Origin: Mobula hypostoma
Lineage: Eukaryota
Length of the DNA: 64,000 bases
Direction of reading: 5' to 3'
NCBI RefSeq assembly: GCF_963921235.1
Contig: NC_086108.1
Coordinates: 87,918,001 to 87,982,000, forward strand
The translations under genes were made by a program, and so were the position numbers. The notes below the pieces were generated by a model. The model was not told the origin of the DNA. It worked only from the letters and a program-made list of their open reading frames with translations, and did no database searches. Every line of letters begins with the position of its first letter. Positions within the stretch are counted from its first letter, which is position 1. This document shows positions 13,840-26,748 of this stretch, in pieces.

Positions 13840-15410
13840 AGACGTGTACAGAATCAAAATCAGGTTTAATATCACTTGATTTATGAAATTTATTTTTTGC
13901 AGCAGCAGTACATTGTAATACATAAGAATAACTATGAATTACAATATGAAGTATACATATATAAAAAAATTAAATTAAAATTGCAAAACAAGAGGGGAAA
14001 ATACATAAGAAATGTTCATTGTCCTTTCAGAAATCTGGTAGTGGGTGGGGGAAAGTAGCTATTCCTGAAATGTTGAGTTCAGGCTCCTCCTCGATGCTGG
14101 CATGAGAAGAGGGCGTGCCCTGGTTGATTGGGGTCCTTAAGGATTGATGCTGCCTTTTTGAGGCATTGCCTTTTGAAGGTGTCCGGGATGCTGGGGACGC
14201 TGGTGCCCATGATGAAGCTGACAGTTTACAAGTTTCCACAGCTTTTTCTGATCCCGTCCAGTGGCAGGTGGTGATGAAACCAGTTATAATGCTCTCCATA
14301 GCATATCTATAGAAATTTGCAAGTGTTTTTGGTGACATATCAATTCTCCTTTAAATCCTCATGAAATATAGCTGCTGTCGTGCCTTCTTTGTAATTGCAT
14401 CAATATTTTGGGTCCAGGATAGATTCTCAGGAACTTGAAATTGCTTACCTATTCCACTTCTGATCCCTCGATGAGGTCTGGTGTGTGTGTTCCCTCGACT
14501 TCCCCTCCCTGATGTCCAGAATCAATTCCTTGGTCTTACTGACGCTGAGTGCAAGGTTGTGCCAACAATAGTAGTGTTGTCGGCAAGGTAATAGGTAGTG
14601 CTTGAGCTGTGCCTATCCACGCAATCATGGGTGTAGAGAGAGTAGAGCAGTGAGCTAAGCACACATCCTTGAGGTGCACCAGTGTTGATTGTCAGTGAGA
14701 TGTTATTTCCATTCCGCAGACTGTGGTCTACCAGTGAGGAAGGCCTGGATCCAGCTTCAGAAGGAGGTACAGAGGCCTAGGTTTTGGAGTTTGTTGTTTA
14801 GAACTAAGGGTATGATTGTGTTGAATGCTAGGCTGTTGTCAGCCTGATGTAGGTAACGCTATTGTCCAGGTGGTCCAGGGTCAAGTGGAGAGCCAGTGAG
14901 GTTGCATCCGCTGTTGACATACTGTGGCAATAGGCAAGTGGGATCAGGTCCTTACTTAGGCAGTTGATTCTTGCTATGACCAACCTCTCAAAACACTTCA
15001 TCACAGTAGACATAAGTGCCACTGGGTGATATTACTGGGGCAGCACAGCCTGCTCTTCTTGGACACTGGTATGATTGTTGCCCTTTTGAAGTAGGTGGGA
15101 ACCACCAACCGCAGTAGTGCGAGGTTGAAGGTATCTTTGAACACTCCTGCCAGTTGGTTGGCACAGGTTTTCAGAACCTCACCAGTTACACTATCAGGGC
15201 CCGGCACCTTGCAAAGGTTCACCCTGTTGAAAGATGTTGAGGTTATCCTCTGATTCAGAGATCACAGGGTCACCATATGCTGCAGAGATTCAAACAGGTG
15301 TAGTTTTATTTTCCCATTCAAAGCATGCATAGAAGGCAGGAGCTCATCCTGGAGTACAGCATCACAGCCATTCATAGTGTTAGATTTCACTTTGTAGGAA
15401 CTAAAGGCCT
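13840..15410 (-). mobile_element. Decayed Rex1/Babar LINE fragment
   Basis: KVPGPDSVTGEVLKTCANQLAGVF, MKCFERLV and KTLANFYRYAMESIITG are Rex1-type RT motifs. Confidence 0.82.
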
Positions 15411-16999
15411 CGGATTAGTTATTGAAAAGTGAGTACAAGGAAGTTAAAATTAAACCAAACATACTGGAAGTACTCAGGTTTGTGGGGGGGGGGGGGGAAG
15501 GTCCAGCATTAAGAGTAGGTAGGGCAATGACCTTTTATAGAATGTCATCAACATGGCCAATTGTAATTATTACTTCAAATAGTCTTCAAAGCATTTTCCA
15601 CTAAAATAATGTTTACTTTATTAGATCCCAGTGGCACTGCTGTTAGTGCAACTCTTTACAGCACCAGATATAATACTGGGATTCAATTATCTGTAAGTAG
15701 TTTTCCTCTGGGTGCTTTGGTTTCCTCCCACATTCCAAAGATGTACAGTAAGCCATGGGCATGTTATTTTATAGTGGCAGAAGCAATAGCAACTCTTGTG
15801 GGCTACTCAGCACAATCTGCAATGATTTGATTTGACATAAACAACACATTTCACTAATGACAATGTTAACATTTAAAACATTATAGCATAAATATGGACT
15901 TTCCCAAAGACATAACAAAAAGATTACTGATCAGGTAGTAAAAGGGAGTGTTGAAAGCAACCTTGATGGGGATTTTTTTTAAATAATTAAACTTCTAGGA
16001 CAAAATATTGGGTGTTCAGCAATTTACTAGGAGCAACATCTGGGTCTCTTGGATAATAAGGATGGACAAAATGGACAAGTGAGTAGGAAATGGAATAGTT
16101 GGTTGATGGTAAATGAGTTCCTTGCACAAGGAATGTATGCAGTATTTACTTTGTAATCAAGTCCTCACCAGCCCCCCATTTCAATTAACCCTTCAACATT
16201 TGAATTATCATTTTTCTTCCATCTTATTTCTTACTCAGGTGCAATGTCTCATTTGTCTTTAAAAGGGAACCCACTTATTGTGTAATCAAATAGCCAACTA
16301 CTACCACACCCCAACAATGGATTGAAAGCAATATTGATCTTCATACATTCCCAAAGATTGGCTCACTTAGTTTAAAACCAACCCTATTACAAAGTACATC
16401 TTGCCTTTCTAAATTAATAATGAAATATGACTCAAATAATTAAGCACCTAATCATTGCTTAAGATACTGTTCTGGTATCACAGGTGATACTGTGACAGCA
16501 AGGACACACAAGGCTGCAGGCTGTGTATATTGACCACTTGGTATTAAACTGAAACGTCAGTTTATTATTCTGTATGCCTCCCAACATTGTAGGATTTCAG
16601 CCCATGTGCTGATATGGTAATAGACTTGTTGAAATTAGTGCAACGAACTATTTGTTGAGCCTAAATTTGGAGATAATTATTAGCCAAAATTCCTTTAGTT
16701 GAAGATCAAGCAATGAATTCATGACATATTACAGTCACTATTTTACTTTTGAACTTTAACAAGCAACTTACAAAATACATAATGTCCCTTCTTCCTGCCC
16801 TTCATCTATACTTAGGTGAAAGTGACATGTTGCAATGTTGTACTCAGTTTATAATGAAAGGATCAAATCAGGTTTAAGAGTTAGAGGCAAGCACTGCAGT
16901 TGTGATACTAAAATGCTCAATTATCTCCTGCCAATGCTCACAAAAAGGAAGAGAGAATAATTTGCTTAATTGAAGTATTCAGTTTTAATAGATTAAAAC

Positions 17000-17713
17000 T
17001 TTATTCAATACAGATTTCAGAGACCATAGTATGTTTTAAAATGTAATGGTTGATTGTCAACAGCAATGACATTAACAATCAGACTTTGTATCCTCTATTG
17101 CACTTCAGCTTCCAATTAACCTTACTATTTCTTAGAATAAAAGGTGTGGAGTGGAAATCAAAGATATAGACAATCAGCAATTATAAAGTAATGCATATTG
17201 CACCCATTTGTACCGAGAACAAATAGCAAATAGATGCGTATTTGTTCAAGTGATTGAGCTTTGCCCCAATACTAAATACTCGTTTAAATAATATAGGTCT
17301 AGACTAGCTCGTGAATATTGCAAATGATCATTCTGCTCTGGTAACAAGTGCAATCCGAGCATTACTCTAACCAGTAAAATGTCACTAGATGGCACTATAC
17401 ACACCTACACTGCAAGCACCTTGAATACACCATTCAATTTTATTGAAATATTAAACACAATATACAATTTACTTAAAAGATTAAATGTCTAACAGCACAA
17501 ATAAAACAGCAATTTAAAAACATATGTACAAGAAATAACAATACTTGTGGAAATTAAAAAGTCAGTATCATTCAAAAATTTCCAAATTGGAGCACAAAAG
17601 GGATAATACACTAGCTTCCCCCCATTGCAAAAATTAGTTGTGCATTTATTCAATGTTACATTAAAAGTGAAGCCTCATGTCCCATTTGTGGCACATGCCT
17701 TCATCATAGTGTT
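17000..17713 (-). terminator. CDC20: CDC20 3' UTR with tandem AATAAA signals
   Basis: AATAAA on the minus strand at 17645-17650, 17439-17444 and 17000-17005; AU-rich, repeat-free sequence. The real 3' end is not determined. Confidence 0.65.
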
Positions 17714-17886
17714 CTAGCGAATTCCATGGTGAAGCACACTGGACTGACTGGCCACTGCCATTTTCTTCTTCTTTGCTGGGTCTACAGCAAAACACTTCCA
17801 GATGCGGATAGTCTCATCTGCAGCCACAGAGCACACTGTAGTTCCATCTGGACTTAAAGTCAGATTCAGCACACGAGCCTGATGTC
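17714..17886 (-). CDS. CDC20: CDC20 last coding exon (IR tail, stop TAG)
   Basis: GHQARVLNLTLSPDGTTVCSVAADETIRIWKCF...HHGIR*; the C-terminal Ile-Arg is the APC/C-activator tail. All ten exons total 1551 nt in frame. Confidence 0.97.
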
Positions 17887-18605
17887 CTGTGTTAGAAACA
17901 GGATATCTTTTATTCAACATAACTATTTTGTAATATCTTAATTCAAATACAAACAGGAGCAGTATCATTATACACAAGACCCGTACCGAAAAAAAAATCC
18001 TATTTCAATTGTGCTCAGACCATCACACATCTTGTTACAGGGTGAGTCTTACCCAACCAATAATTAGGTGCTTAATTATTTGAGCCATACTTCAGGAGTA
18101 GTTTAGAAAGGCAAGAAATACTTTGTCTCTCTTACCTCAGGTTTTATAGCATTATAACATGTTTAATCTATAGTGATAATGGAACTAAAGTTTAAAGTTG
18201 ATGTATTGTAAACACCTGCTGCTTTCATTATATAACATTTCCACAAGACTATTAGTTTCAATAACCCTCGAGTAGTTACACAAAGCTGTTCAGATTAGTT
18301 TCTATCAGTTCTCAACAACAGCAATTAAGCTTACCTCACTTCACACAACTCTTTGCTTTCAGAAACCTATCTAATTCACTTCTGCCACGATGTGAATTCT
18401 GCCACAATCTGCCCCTCAGCAGTGCATTCCACAACCAAACCCAGTTGTGAGCAGAGCTTCCCTCAGTTTTTAAATGAATGTTTTTGACAATATAAATTTA
18501 AATTGTTCTAATAGGACACAAGAAAAATGCCTTCCAAAAGCAAATTTGATCAGATATGTTTAAAATATCTTATACAACTTTACTTCACATATTTTAAGTA
18601 CATAC

Positions 18606-18723
18606 CTTTCAGCTCAGCAACTTTGGTCAAGTTTGGATATTTCCAGATTACCAACTGATTCTGTGAAAATCCATGTCCTGACACCATTTCTTTGTATTCT
18701 GTTGACCAGACTATTGAACAGAC
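18606..18723 (-). CDS. CDC20: CDC20 coding exon 9 (WD40)
   Basis: Manual translation VCSIVWSTEYKEMVSGHGFSQNQLVIWKYPNLTKVAELK(G); 118 nt; caccag| and G|GTATG. Confidence 0.96.
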
Positions 18724-19385
18724 CTGGTGAGGTGGAAAATACATAACAGAAATTTAAATCCAAAACTTGCAAAAGAGAAATGACAGAAATATCAAGTGTG
18801 CAACATAACCCAGATTGTGTTAGATTAACTAATATATCTCAAGTCACTTAGGCTGGTAATGTCCTTCAACATTCACTGCATGGTTATCAGTAATTATTTT
18901 AACTTTATAAAAACTATGGGATGACCTCACTTAAAATTACACTTCTTTGCCATTTAATTTAATCCATGCATTGTCACCCGCAAACTTTGACAGGTACACC
19001 ACTATTCACTCTTATTCAGCAGATCCTTGAAATTTTAGCACAGCTTGAAAGATCTTCACATTACATCCCAGAGAAGTATTCTTAACTCTAATTTCACAAC
19101 AAATCTCCAATTTATTCTTCAACCTGCAGAAGAATTAACCCCAACACCTTGCACAATTCCTGCTTGCCCAGATAATGGGCAAACAGCACAAATTATTTTA
19201 GGAACTGTGAGAAACAAACTCAGTAACATAGATTGCAAATTGAGAGTCATGAGCCAAATCAATGTCATTCCTACACCGTATCCTCCCAGAATGGAACAAG
19301 ATCCAGCTTTCTTGTTTGATAACCAGTAACACAGGCTTGTTTCATTGCTATTAACATTCACTAGTATGAATCATATAGAACCAAC

Positions 19386-19511
19386 CTGAGAACGAGTATC
19401 CACAGCATTCAAACACGACCCAGAATTAACATTCCAAACACGGATAAATCGGTCACTGGTGCCACCACCACTTGCAAGAATATTTGCTTGCCAAGGGCAC
19501 CAGGCAACTGC
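19386..19511 (-). CDS. CDC20: CDC20 coding exon 8 (WD40)
   Basis: [42 protein letters not shown]; 126 nt; ctgcag| and CAG|GTTGGT. Confidence 0.97.
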
Positions 19512-20289
19512 CTGCAGAAAAAGAATGACAAATTGTACACTATTAGGCTGCACAAGTGGAAAATCTCACAAAGGCAGCAGCTCTGGAAAAAAAGATGTTG
19601 CTTTAACTGCACTATTCAAGAGCAGAAAAAGCCACCCAACCTCACTGAAAAGCTACCACAGACTAGATTGGAATGTATTAAGACAAAGAGAGCTTGGACA
19701 AAATTGGATCATATTTCTCTGGAGTGAGGCTGGGAGCTGCAACCCAAGAAATAAAAGGTTAGATGGTCTTTTCCCTCCATCCTTCCAATTGTTATAGGTA
19801 TCGAAAGACAAGAGGGCATAGGTGAGGGTGGAAGTTTAGGGAGATTTACCAGGCAAGCTTAAAAACCAAATATGTAGAATGTGATAAGTGCAGTACATGC
19901 TGCAGAGGGAAGTGACAGAGCAGATAAGACCGCAATAAATATTCCCAGCCTGGTGTCCACAGACCCCTTGCTAAATGGTTTGGTCCACAGCAGTAAGTTT
20001 GGACCCCCAAGAATAGAGGAATCTGACCTTAGTTTATGGTCAGCAGACATGGTGGGCTGACATTTTCCCATGCAGTGTGTTCTTTTTAAAAATCGTCTGT
20101 AAGAAATTCTTTTATTTAAAGCACTATTCATCCAGGGGACTTCCGGTAGCGCTCATGGAGTGAAGTCGCGTTCTTGACTCGCTCCATTACCTCTGAGTTT
20201 TTTTCTCTATGATCAGCTATACTTTAATTAACCATTAAGGTATCAACTCTTACAATACTTTGAATTAAATTGAACTCTCCGATAACTGG

Positions 20290-21189
20290 ATGCGTCTTAG
20301 ATCTGCTATGTCTAAGAACGGGAAAAACGGCAAGGATGGTAAACCTCTGGTTAAACCGAAAGGTATGGATTTTCCTCCGACTGAATCACCGGTGACTTTG
20401 AAAGCTATATCGGAGTTAATTCAGAGGGAAATTTCAACCTCTGTTACGGAGATGATTCGTACGGAAATCGCTGTCTCTGTTAAGGACCTGATTCATACGG
20501 AAATCTCAATTAATCTCCAGAAAATTGCCGATTCAACTGATAAGATGCAAACATCTATTGCGGAACATCAGTCGGCTATAACTGATCTTCAAAAATCCGC
20601 GCAACAAAGTGAGCTTAAGATGGGGAAAATCGAAGAAACAATTAATGTAATGAAGAAGAAACTTGACTTTCTGACTTTTAAAAACTCTGACTTAGAATCT
20701 AGAATGCGACGGCAGAATTTACGAATGATTGGGGTGCATGAAGCTGTTGAATCTAACAACCCCATGAAGTATTTTTCTCAACTTTTAAAAGATGCATTCC
20801 CTACTGTATTTCCTGACCAACCACCGCTACTGGATCGTGTTCACAGAGTCCCATCATACTCGTCTAGGTCAGATAGACCTAGACATGTTATCTTACGTTT
20901 TCATTACTTTCAAGACAAGGAGAGACTGTTTCGATTCGCTCGATCTAAAGGTTTCATTGATTTTTCGGATCTTAAGTTCCGATTCGTGGAAGATTTCAGT
21001 AAACCAATCTGGGACCAACGGGTTCGCTACAGATCTGTGATGTCGGAATTCTATAAGATCGATTTAAGACCAGCGCTGCTGTACCCTGCACGTCTAAGGA
21101 TACGCATGTCAGATGGAGTCCTTCGTTTTTTTGATTCTCCATCGGATGCCCAGAGTTATCTGGATCAATTTTCACCTTCAACATCTTAA
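20290..21189 (+). CDS. L1 ORF1p (coiled coil + RRM + CTD), uninterrupted
   Basis: DLESRMRRQNLRMIGV, LDRVHRV, RPRHVILRFH and LLYPARLRI are typical L1 ORF1 (transposase_22) motifs. Confidence 0.92.
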   Translation: MRLRSAMSKNGKNGKDGKPLVKPKGMDFPPTESPVTLKAISELIQREISTSVTEMIRTEIAVSVKDLIHTEISINLQKIADSTDKMQTSIAEHQSAITDLQKSAQQSELKMGKIEETINVMKKKLDFLTFKNSDLESRMRRQNLRMIGVHEAVESNNPMKYFSQLLKDAFPTVFPDQPPLLDRVHRVPSYSSRSDRPRHVILRFHYFQDKERLFRFARSKGFIDFSDLKFRFVEDFSKPIWDQRVRYRSVMSEFYKIDLRPALLYPARLRIRMSDGVLRFFDSPSDAQSYLDQFSPSTS

Positions 21190-21907
21190 TTGTTATTTTT
21201 TTTAACTATCTCCGTTGATCGGAGGCTGTGAATTGGTTGGTTTTAACTTTTTCGTGCCCTATTTGGGCAGAAAAGTTTATTTTTGATTTCTTAATATGGT
21301 TGCTGAACTTTCTTTTTAACTGCGTCATTTCTTTCTTTTCCCAGGGGATTCTGGGTGGTTACTTCCTTATTGTCATTTTACGTATTTCCTGTGTGCCCTT
21401 AAATTTTGTAGTTTTTTTAAATTTTATTTTGTTTTGCTTTTTATAACTAGTTTATGGTAATAATCTTATTTTTTCTTGTTGTTGTTTTGTTTATTCATGG
21501 GTTTGGGGTGTATTGTGGTTTTTTTTAATATATATTTTCTGGCTTTTGTTCTGTTGTGTGTGTATTTTAATTGAGTTACCTTTTTTTCTACTTTTTTACT
21601 GTTTTACAATTAGCTGATCTTTTTCATATTTATACCTTTTTTTTAGGGAGCGTATACCGGAAGTCATGGGGGTAGTTTTAGCGCTTGCTTCTTTCGGGCG
21701 GGTCTGCTTTAGATTTTGCCTTGGGGTCTTGGGGTGGGGGGTGGTGGGAGGGGCTTCACGTTTTAGTTTTTTTCTCTTTGGGCTATATACATTATTGAAG
21801 TACTGGTTGCGTCCTTTTTCCCGGTATCTTTTGTATGTTCTGTTTCCTCTCCGGGTTCGTGGGTCGACCCTATCGTCAATCCTCGCTGTGGGTTGACTTT
21901 AGGATTT

Positions 21908-24900
21908 ATGGAGTCTATTATTAATTTTGTCTCCTGGAATACTAACGGTCTTAATCATCCTATTAAAAGGAAAAAAGTTTTTAAAGTGTTCCGGAGACTT
22001 AAAGCACAAATTTTATTTTTACAAGAGACCCATGTACGGAGGGGGGACAGACTACGTTTTTTCAAATTCTGGAAGGAACAACAATTTCATTCGAACTCCA
22101 ATGCTAAGAGTCGAGGCGTCTCTATTTTTATAGATTCCTCAGTTACTTTTATACAACAGGATATTTTTTCTGATCCGAATGGTAGATTTTTATTGGTTAG
22201 TGGTTTACTATTTAATAAAAAAGTAGTTTTGGTTAATGTTTATGCTCCTAATATGGACTGTCCGGAATTTTATAAATCATTATTTAATCAGTTTCCGAAT
22301 TTGAACGAGTTTTCATTGATCTGGGGCGGAGATCTTAATACCCGTTTGTCTCCAGCTTTGGACCGTTCGGCTCCTTTACGGACTTTACCTAATAAATCTG
22401 CAACTTTGATTAACTCTTTCCTTTCTGATTCTGGGTCGACGGACATTTGGCGTTTTCTGCATCCTCAGGAAAAAGATTTTTCTTTCTTTTCACATGTTCA
22501 TCATTCCTATTCAAGAATTGATTATTTTTTTATTGATTCTCGTCTTATTTCTTCAGTGATTAAATGTGATTATGATTCTATAACCATTTCGGATCATGCT
22601 CCACTTAAGCTTTCTATTAAAATTATGGCCAATATACAAAATAATAGACAATGGCGTTTTAATTCGCTGTTGCTTCAGGACTCGGACTTTGTTAACTTTA
22701 TGAATGAACAGATTGAGCTTTTTTTTTTACAATTAACCATACAGAGGATATTTCGGTTAACACTCTTTGGGACACTTTTAAAGCCTATATTCGTGGTCAG
22801 ATTATCTCGTATTCTGCTGCTTTGAGGAAGAAGCAGAAGCAGGAGGAGATGGTAATTGTGGACAAGATTAAAGAAATTGATAAGAAATATGTTATGGCTC
22901 CTTCTGAGGAGTTATACAAACAAAGAACTGAACTTCAAATGGAACACAGTTTACTACTCTCGTCCTCGATTGTAAACCAATTAAAGAAAACAAGAAGTGA
23001 ATTTTATGTTCAGTGACAAAATTGGCAAGCTGCTGGCTAATCAATTGAAATCTAATTATGTTAAATCTCAAATCAATCAGATTTATAACCAAAATGATCG
23101 ATTGATACTGGATCATGTGGGGATTAATCAAACCTTTTGTGATTTTTATTCTTCTTTATATCAATCAGAGTCTCCTCGAGATTCTAAACATATGAATGAT
23201 TTTTTAGATAATTTAGACTTCCCTCAGATTTCACAGGATATGTCTTCTATATTAGATACTTCCATTACTATGGATGAGATTAAGAATGTTATTCTTTCTA
23301 TGAATTTGGGGAAAGCTCCTGGCCCGGATGGGTTTACCGTTGAATTTTATAAATGTTTTGCTTCTTTATTGATCCCTTGGCTCTGTAGGGTTTTTGAGGC
23401 TTCTCTGAAACTTGGTAAACTTCCTGAATCTTTTAATAGAGCATCAATTTCTTTAATATTAAAGAAGGATAAAGACCCTGCTCAATGTGCATCTTATAGA
23501 CCAATATCTCTATTAAATGTTGATTCTAAAGTTTTTTCTAAGTTATTAGCAAATAGACTAGAAAAAGTACTTCCTTCTATTATTTTGGAAGACCAAATGG
23601 GTTTTATTAAAGGTCGTTACTCTTTTTATAATATTCGTACATTGTTAAATATCGTTTATACTCCCTCACAAAATGTTCCTGAGTGTGTTATTTCTTTAGA
23701 CGCCAAGAAAGCTTTTGATAGAGTAGAATGGCCTTATTTATTTAAGGTGCTTGAAATGTTTAACTTTAGCTTGAAATTTATATCCTGGATTAAACTGTTA
23801 TATCATTCCCCTGTAGCCTCGGTCCGTACTAACTCTTTAAACTCACCTTTTTTTCCTCTTTTTCGAGGTACTCGACAAGGCTGTCCTCTTAGTCCCCTAT
23901 TATTTGATATTGCATTAGAACCTCTTGCAATTGCCATTCGAGAATCATCAAATATTACTGGGATAACTCGGGGATTAAAGTCCCATAAATTATCACTCTG
24001 TGCTGATGATTTACTTTTATATATTTCTAATCCTGAGAAATCCATTCCTGCTGTTTTAGAGTTATTAGCACAATTTGGCTTTTTTTCAGGTTATAAATTA
24101 AATCTTAGTAAGAGTGAACTCTTTCCGATTAATAAACATCTTCCCTTATATTATAAATTTCCATTTAAATTGATTGATAACTATTTTTCTTATCTTGGGA
24201 TTAAAATTACTTGTAAATATAAAGATTTATTTAAGATTAACTTTCTACCATTAATAGACCATATTACTCAACTTTCATCTAAATGGTTTCCTTTATATTT
24301 AACTTTGATTGGTCGTATTAATGCAGTTAAGATTTTTTTTTGCCAAAATTTTTATATGTGTTTCAGGCATTACCAATTTTTGTTCCAAAATCTTTCTTTG
24401 ATAAAGTTGACTCTAAAATTTCTTCATTTATTTGGCAGAATAAAAATCCGAGACTGGGTAAAATACATTTACAGAAAGCTAAGAGAGATGGAGGTTTAGC
24501 ATTACCTAACTTTAGATTCTATTATTGGGCAATTAATATTCGACATATGAAATTTTGGTTACTTGACCAGGATATACTATCTATTCCTAAATGGGTAGCA
24601 TTGGAACTACAATCTGTTCAGGGTTATACACTTGGCTCTATTTTAGGTTCCTCTCTCCCTTTTGATTCGAAACGCCTTAAGCAGGTGTCTAACCCGATAA
24701 TTAAATATGCTTTGCGTATTTGGTTTCAATTCAGAAAATTTTTTGATCTTAATCAATTCGGGTTAGCGATTCCTATTTTAGGTAACATATTTTTTCCTCC
24801 CTCTTTTACGGATCGCGCTTTTCAAACTTGGAAGACTAAGGGTATTTTACGGTTTTTGGATTTATTTTTAGATGGTTCCCTTATGTCTTTTGAACAACTA

Positions 24901-25683
24901 TCTAATAAATATAATTTATCAAGAATACATTTTTTTAGATATTTGCAAGTTAGAAATTTCCTAAGTACTATACTTTCTTCCTTTCCAATGCTTCCTCCTA
25001 CATATATTTTAGATTCGATAATTAACCTTAATCCATGTCAGAAAGGTGCATCGGCTATGATTTATAATATTATTATGAAACTTAGGAAAGCTCCATTTGA
25101 TAAGATTAGGGTAGATTGGGAACAGGAATTGGGGCTTACCATTTCTGTGGATGATTGGGGGCAGATTTTACAATTAGTTAATACTTCCTCTATTTGCGCT
25201 AAACATTCCCTAATTCAATTTAAAGTTGTTCATAGAGCACATATGTCCAAAGATAAGTTAGCGCGTTTTTACTTGTATATTAATCCTTTTTGTGATAGAT
25301 GTTCGGGGCAGATAGCCTCTTTAACTCATATGTTTTGGTCTTGCCCTACTTTGGAAACTTTTTGGAGAGACATTTTTAATATTATTTCTAAGGTATTAAA
25401 TATAGATATCTCTCCTCACCCTATTACTGCTATCTTTGGACTACCTAAAATTTCTAGTAATCTTTCCCCTTCAGCCCGTAGAATGATTGCATTTCTTACT
25501 TTAATGGCGAAAAGATGTATTTTACAACATTGGAAAGAGCTTAATGCTCCAACTACCTTTTTTTGGTTCTCCCAGACGATATTATGTTTGAATCTGGAGA
25601 AAATTAGAAGTAACCTTTATGATTCTTCATTTAAATTTGAACAGATTTGGGGATCTTTTATTCGATATTTTCACTTAATGTAA
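21908..25683 (+). pseudogene. L1 ORF2 (APE endonuclease + RT + CCHC), three frameshifts
   Basis: SWNTNGLN, LQETH, GGDLN, SRIDYF and SDH (endonuclease); KAPGPDG, YRPISLLNVD, GTRQGCPLSP and CADD in place of YADD (RT); CDRC...HMFWSC. Split over four ORFs, with breaks near 22730, 23010 and 24340. Confidence 0.93.
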
Positions 25684-26748
25684 TATATACCCTTCTTGTT
25701 TTTTTTCACTGTTTTTAATGGAGGTCGGGATTGAGGATGTGATTTTAAGTTTAACTCTGTTTGGTTTCAAGTTAGCCCATTGCTTTGCTTTGCTTTTAGT
25801 TAGTTGCATGGTGGGTTTTTTTGGGTTTTTTTTTTTCTTTTTATCTATTGATATATATAAAATTTAGTATACTATTATGTTATCTTGGTTTCTTATGTTT
25901 AAATTACATTGTTTGTAGTTTTTTTTTGGTATTGATACCTTCTGTAATTTTATTATATTTTAACATTGTATTAATGTTTATATGGCTTACCTTTTGGTAT
26001 ACTTATTCAATAAAAAGATTTAAAAAGAAAGAAAGCAGCACTATTCATCCAGCAAATCTCACTTTTCATTTGGTTTGTTGAGACTCCAGCAAGTATGTGA
26101 AGCTCCTCAGACTAGGGCAGCCAATTTATGGTTCTATTGGTAGGTTAAAAAAAAACCTAGCAAAGTGCAGAGTTTAGATTTTTTGTACCAAAATTCAAAC
26201 CAAGCCAATATTTGCAATCAACTTTAATATAAAATAAAGGGAGCAATGCAAGACATCTGTTTTTTTTTTAAAAATACTGAGATATGGAATTTGCTCTCAA
26301 TTACTTTTCTAGCTCAGGATTAAGTTAGAAAAAGCAGCAGTAAAAAAAACTGCCATTAAAAGGAATATTCAATGTTTGAAAGGATACAGCAAAGCAACAA
26401 GAAATAAATAGCAAAAAAAAAAAATCACCCTGGAAATATGACATTCACTTGTCCGGTGTCAAAATTAAAACCACATTGCATAAAAGCAGAATTAAGCCAC
26501 TTGGCTCATTGACCTATCCAAGCTGCAGGATGAACTTGAAAAATGAAGGCCTAGTTGTAGAAGTGACATTTGGAGTTAGGTTCTCTTATAATTATGGACT
26601 ATTGTTAAAGCTAGACAAAGAATTGAAAAGAAACTCTGGCAACAAGAGGGATCAGGGAGCAGAAATACTGTTAACCTTTTGAAACACAGGGTTGAACTCT
26701 AACCACTACTACAATCTAGGTAGAACACTGATCAGCAGACAGCTTTCT

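Larger units (their letters stand above)
20136..26036 (+). mobile_element. Full-length L1/Tx1-clade LINE in a CDC20 intron, antisense to the gene
   Basis: 16-bp TSD AGCACTATTCATCCAG at 20120-20135 and 26037-26052; 5' UTR, ORF1, T-rich spacer, ORF2, AATAAA and A-rich tail. Confidence 0.97.
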
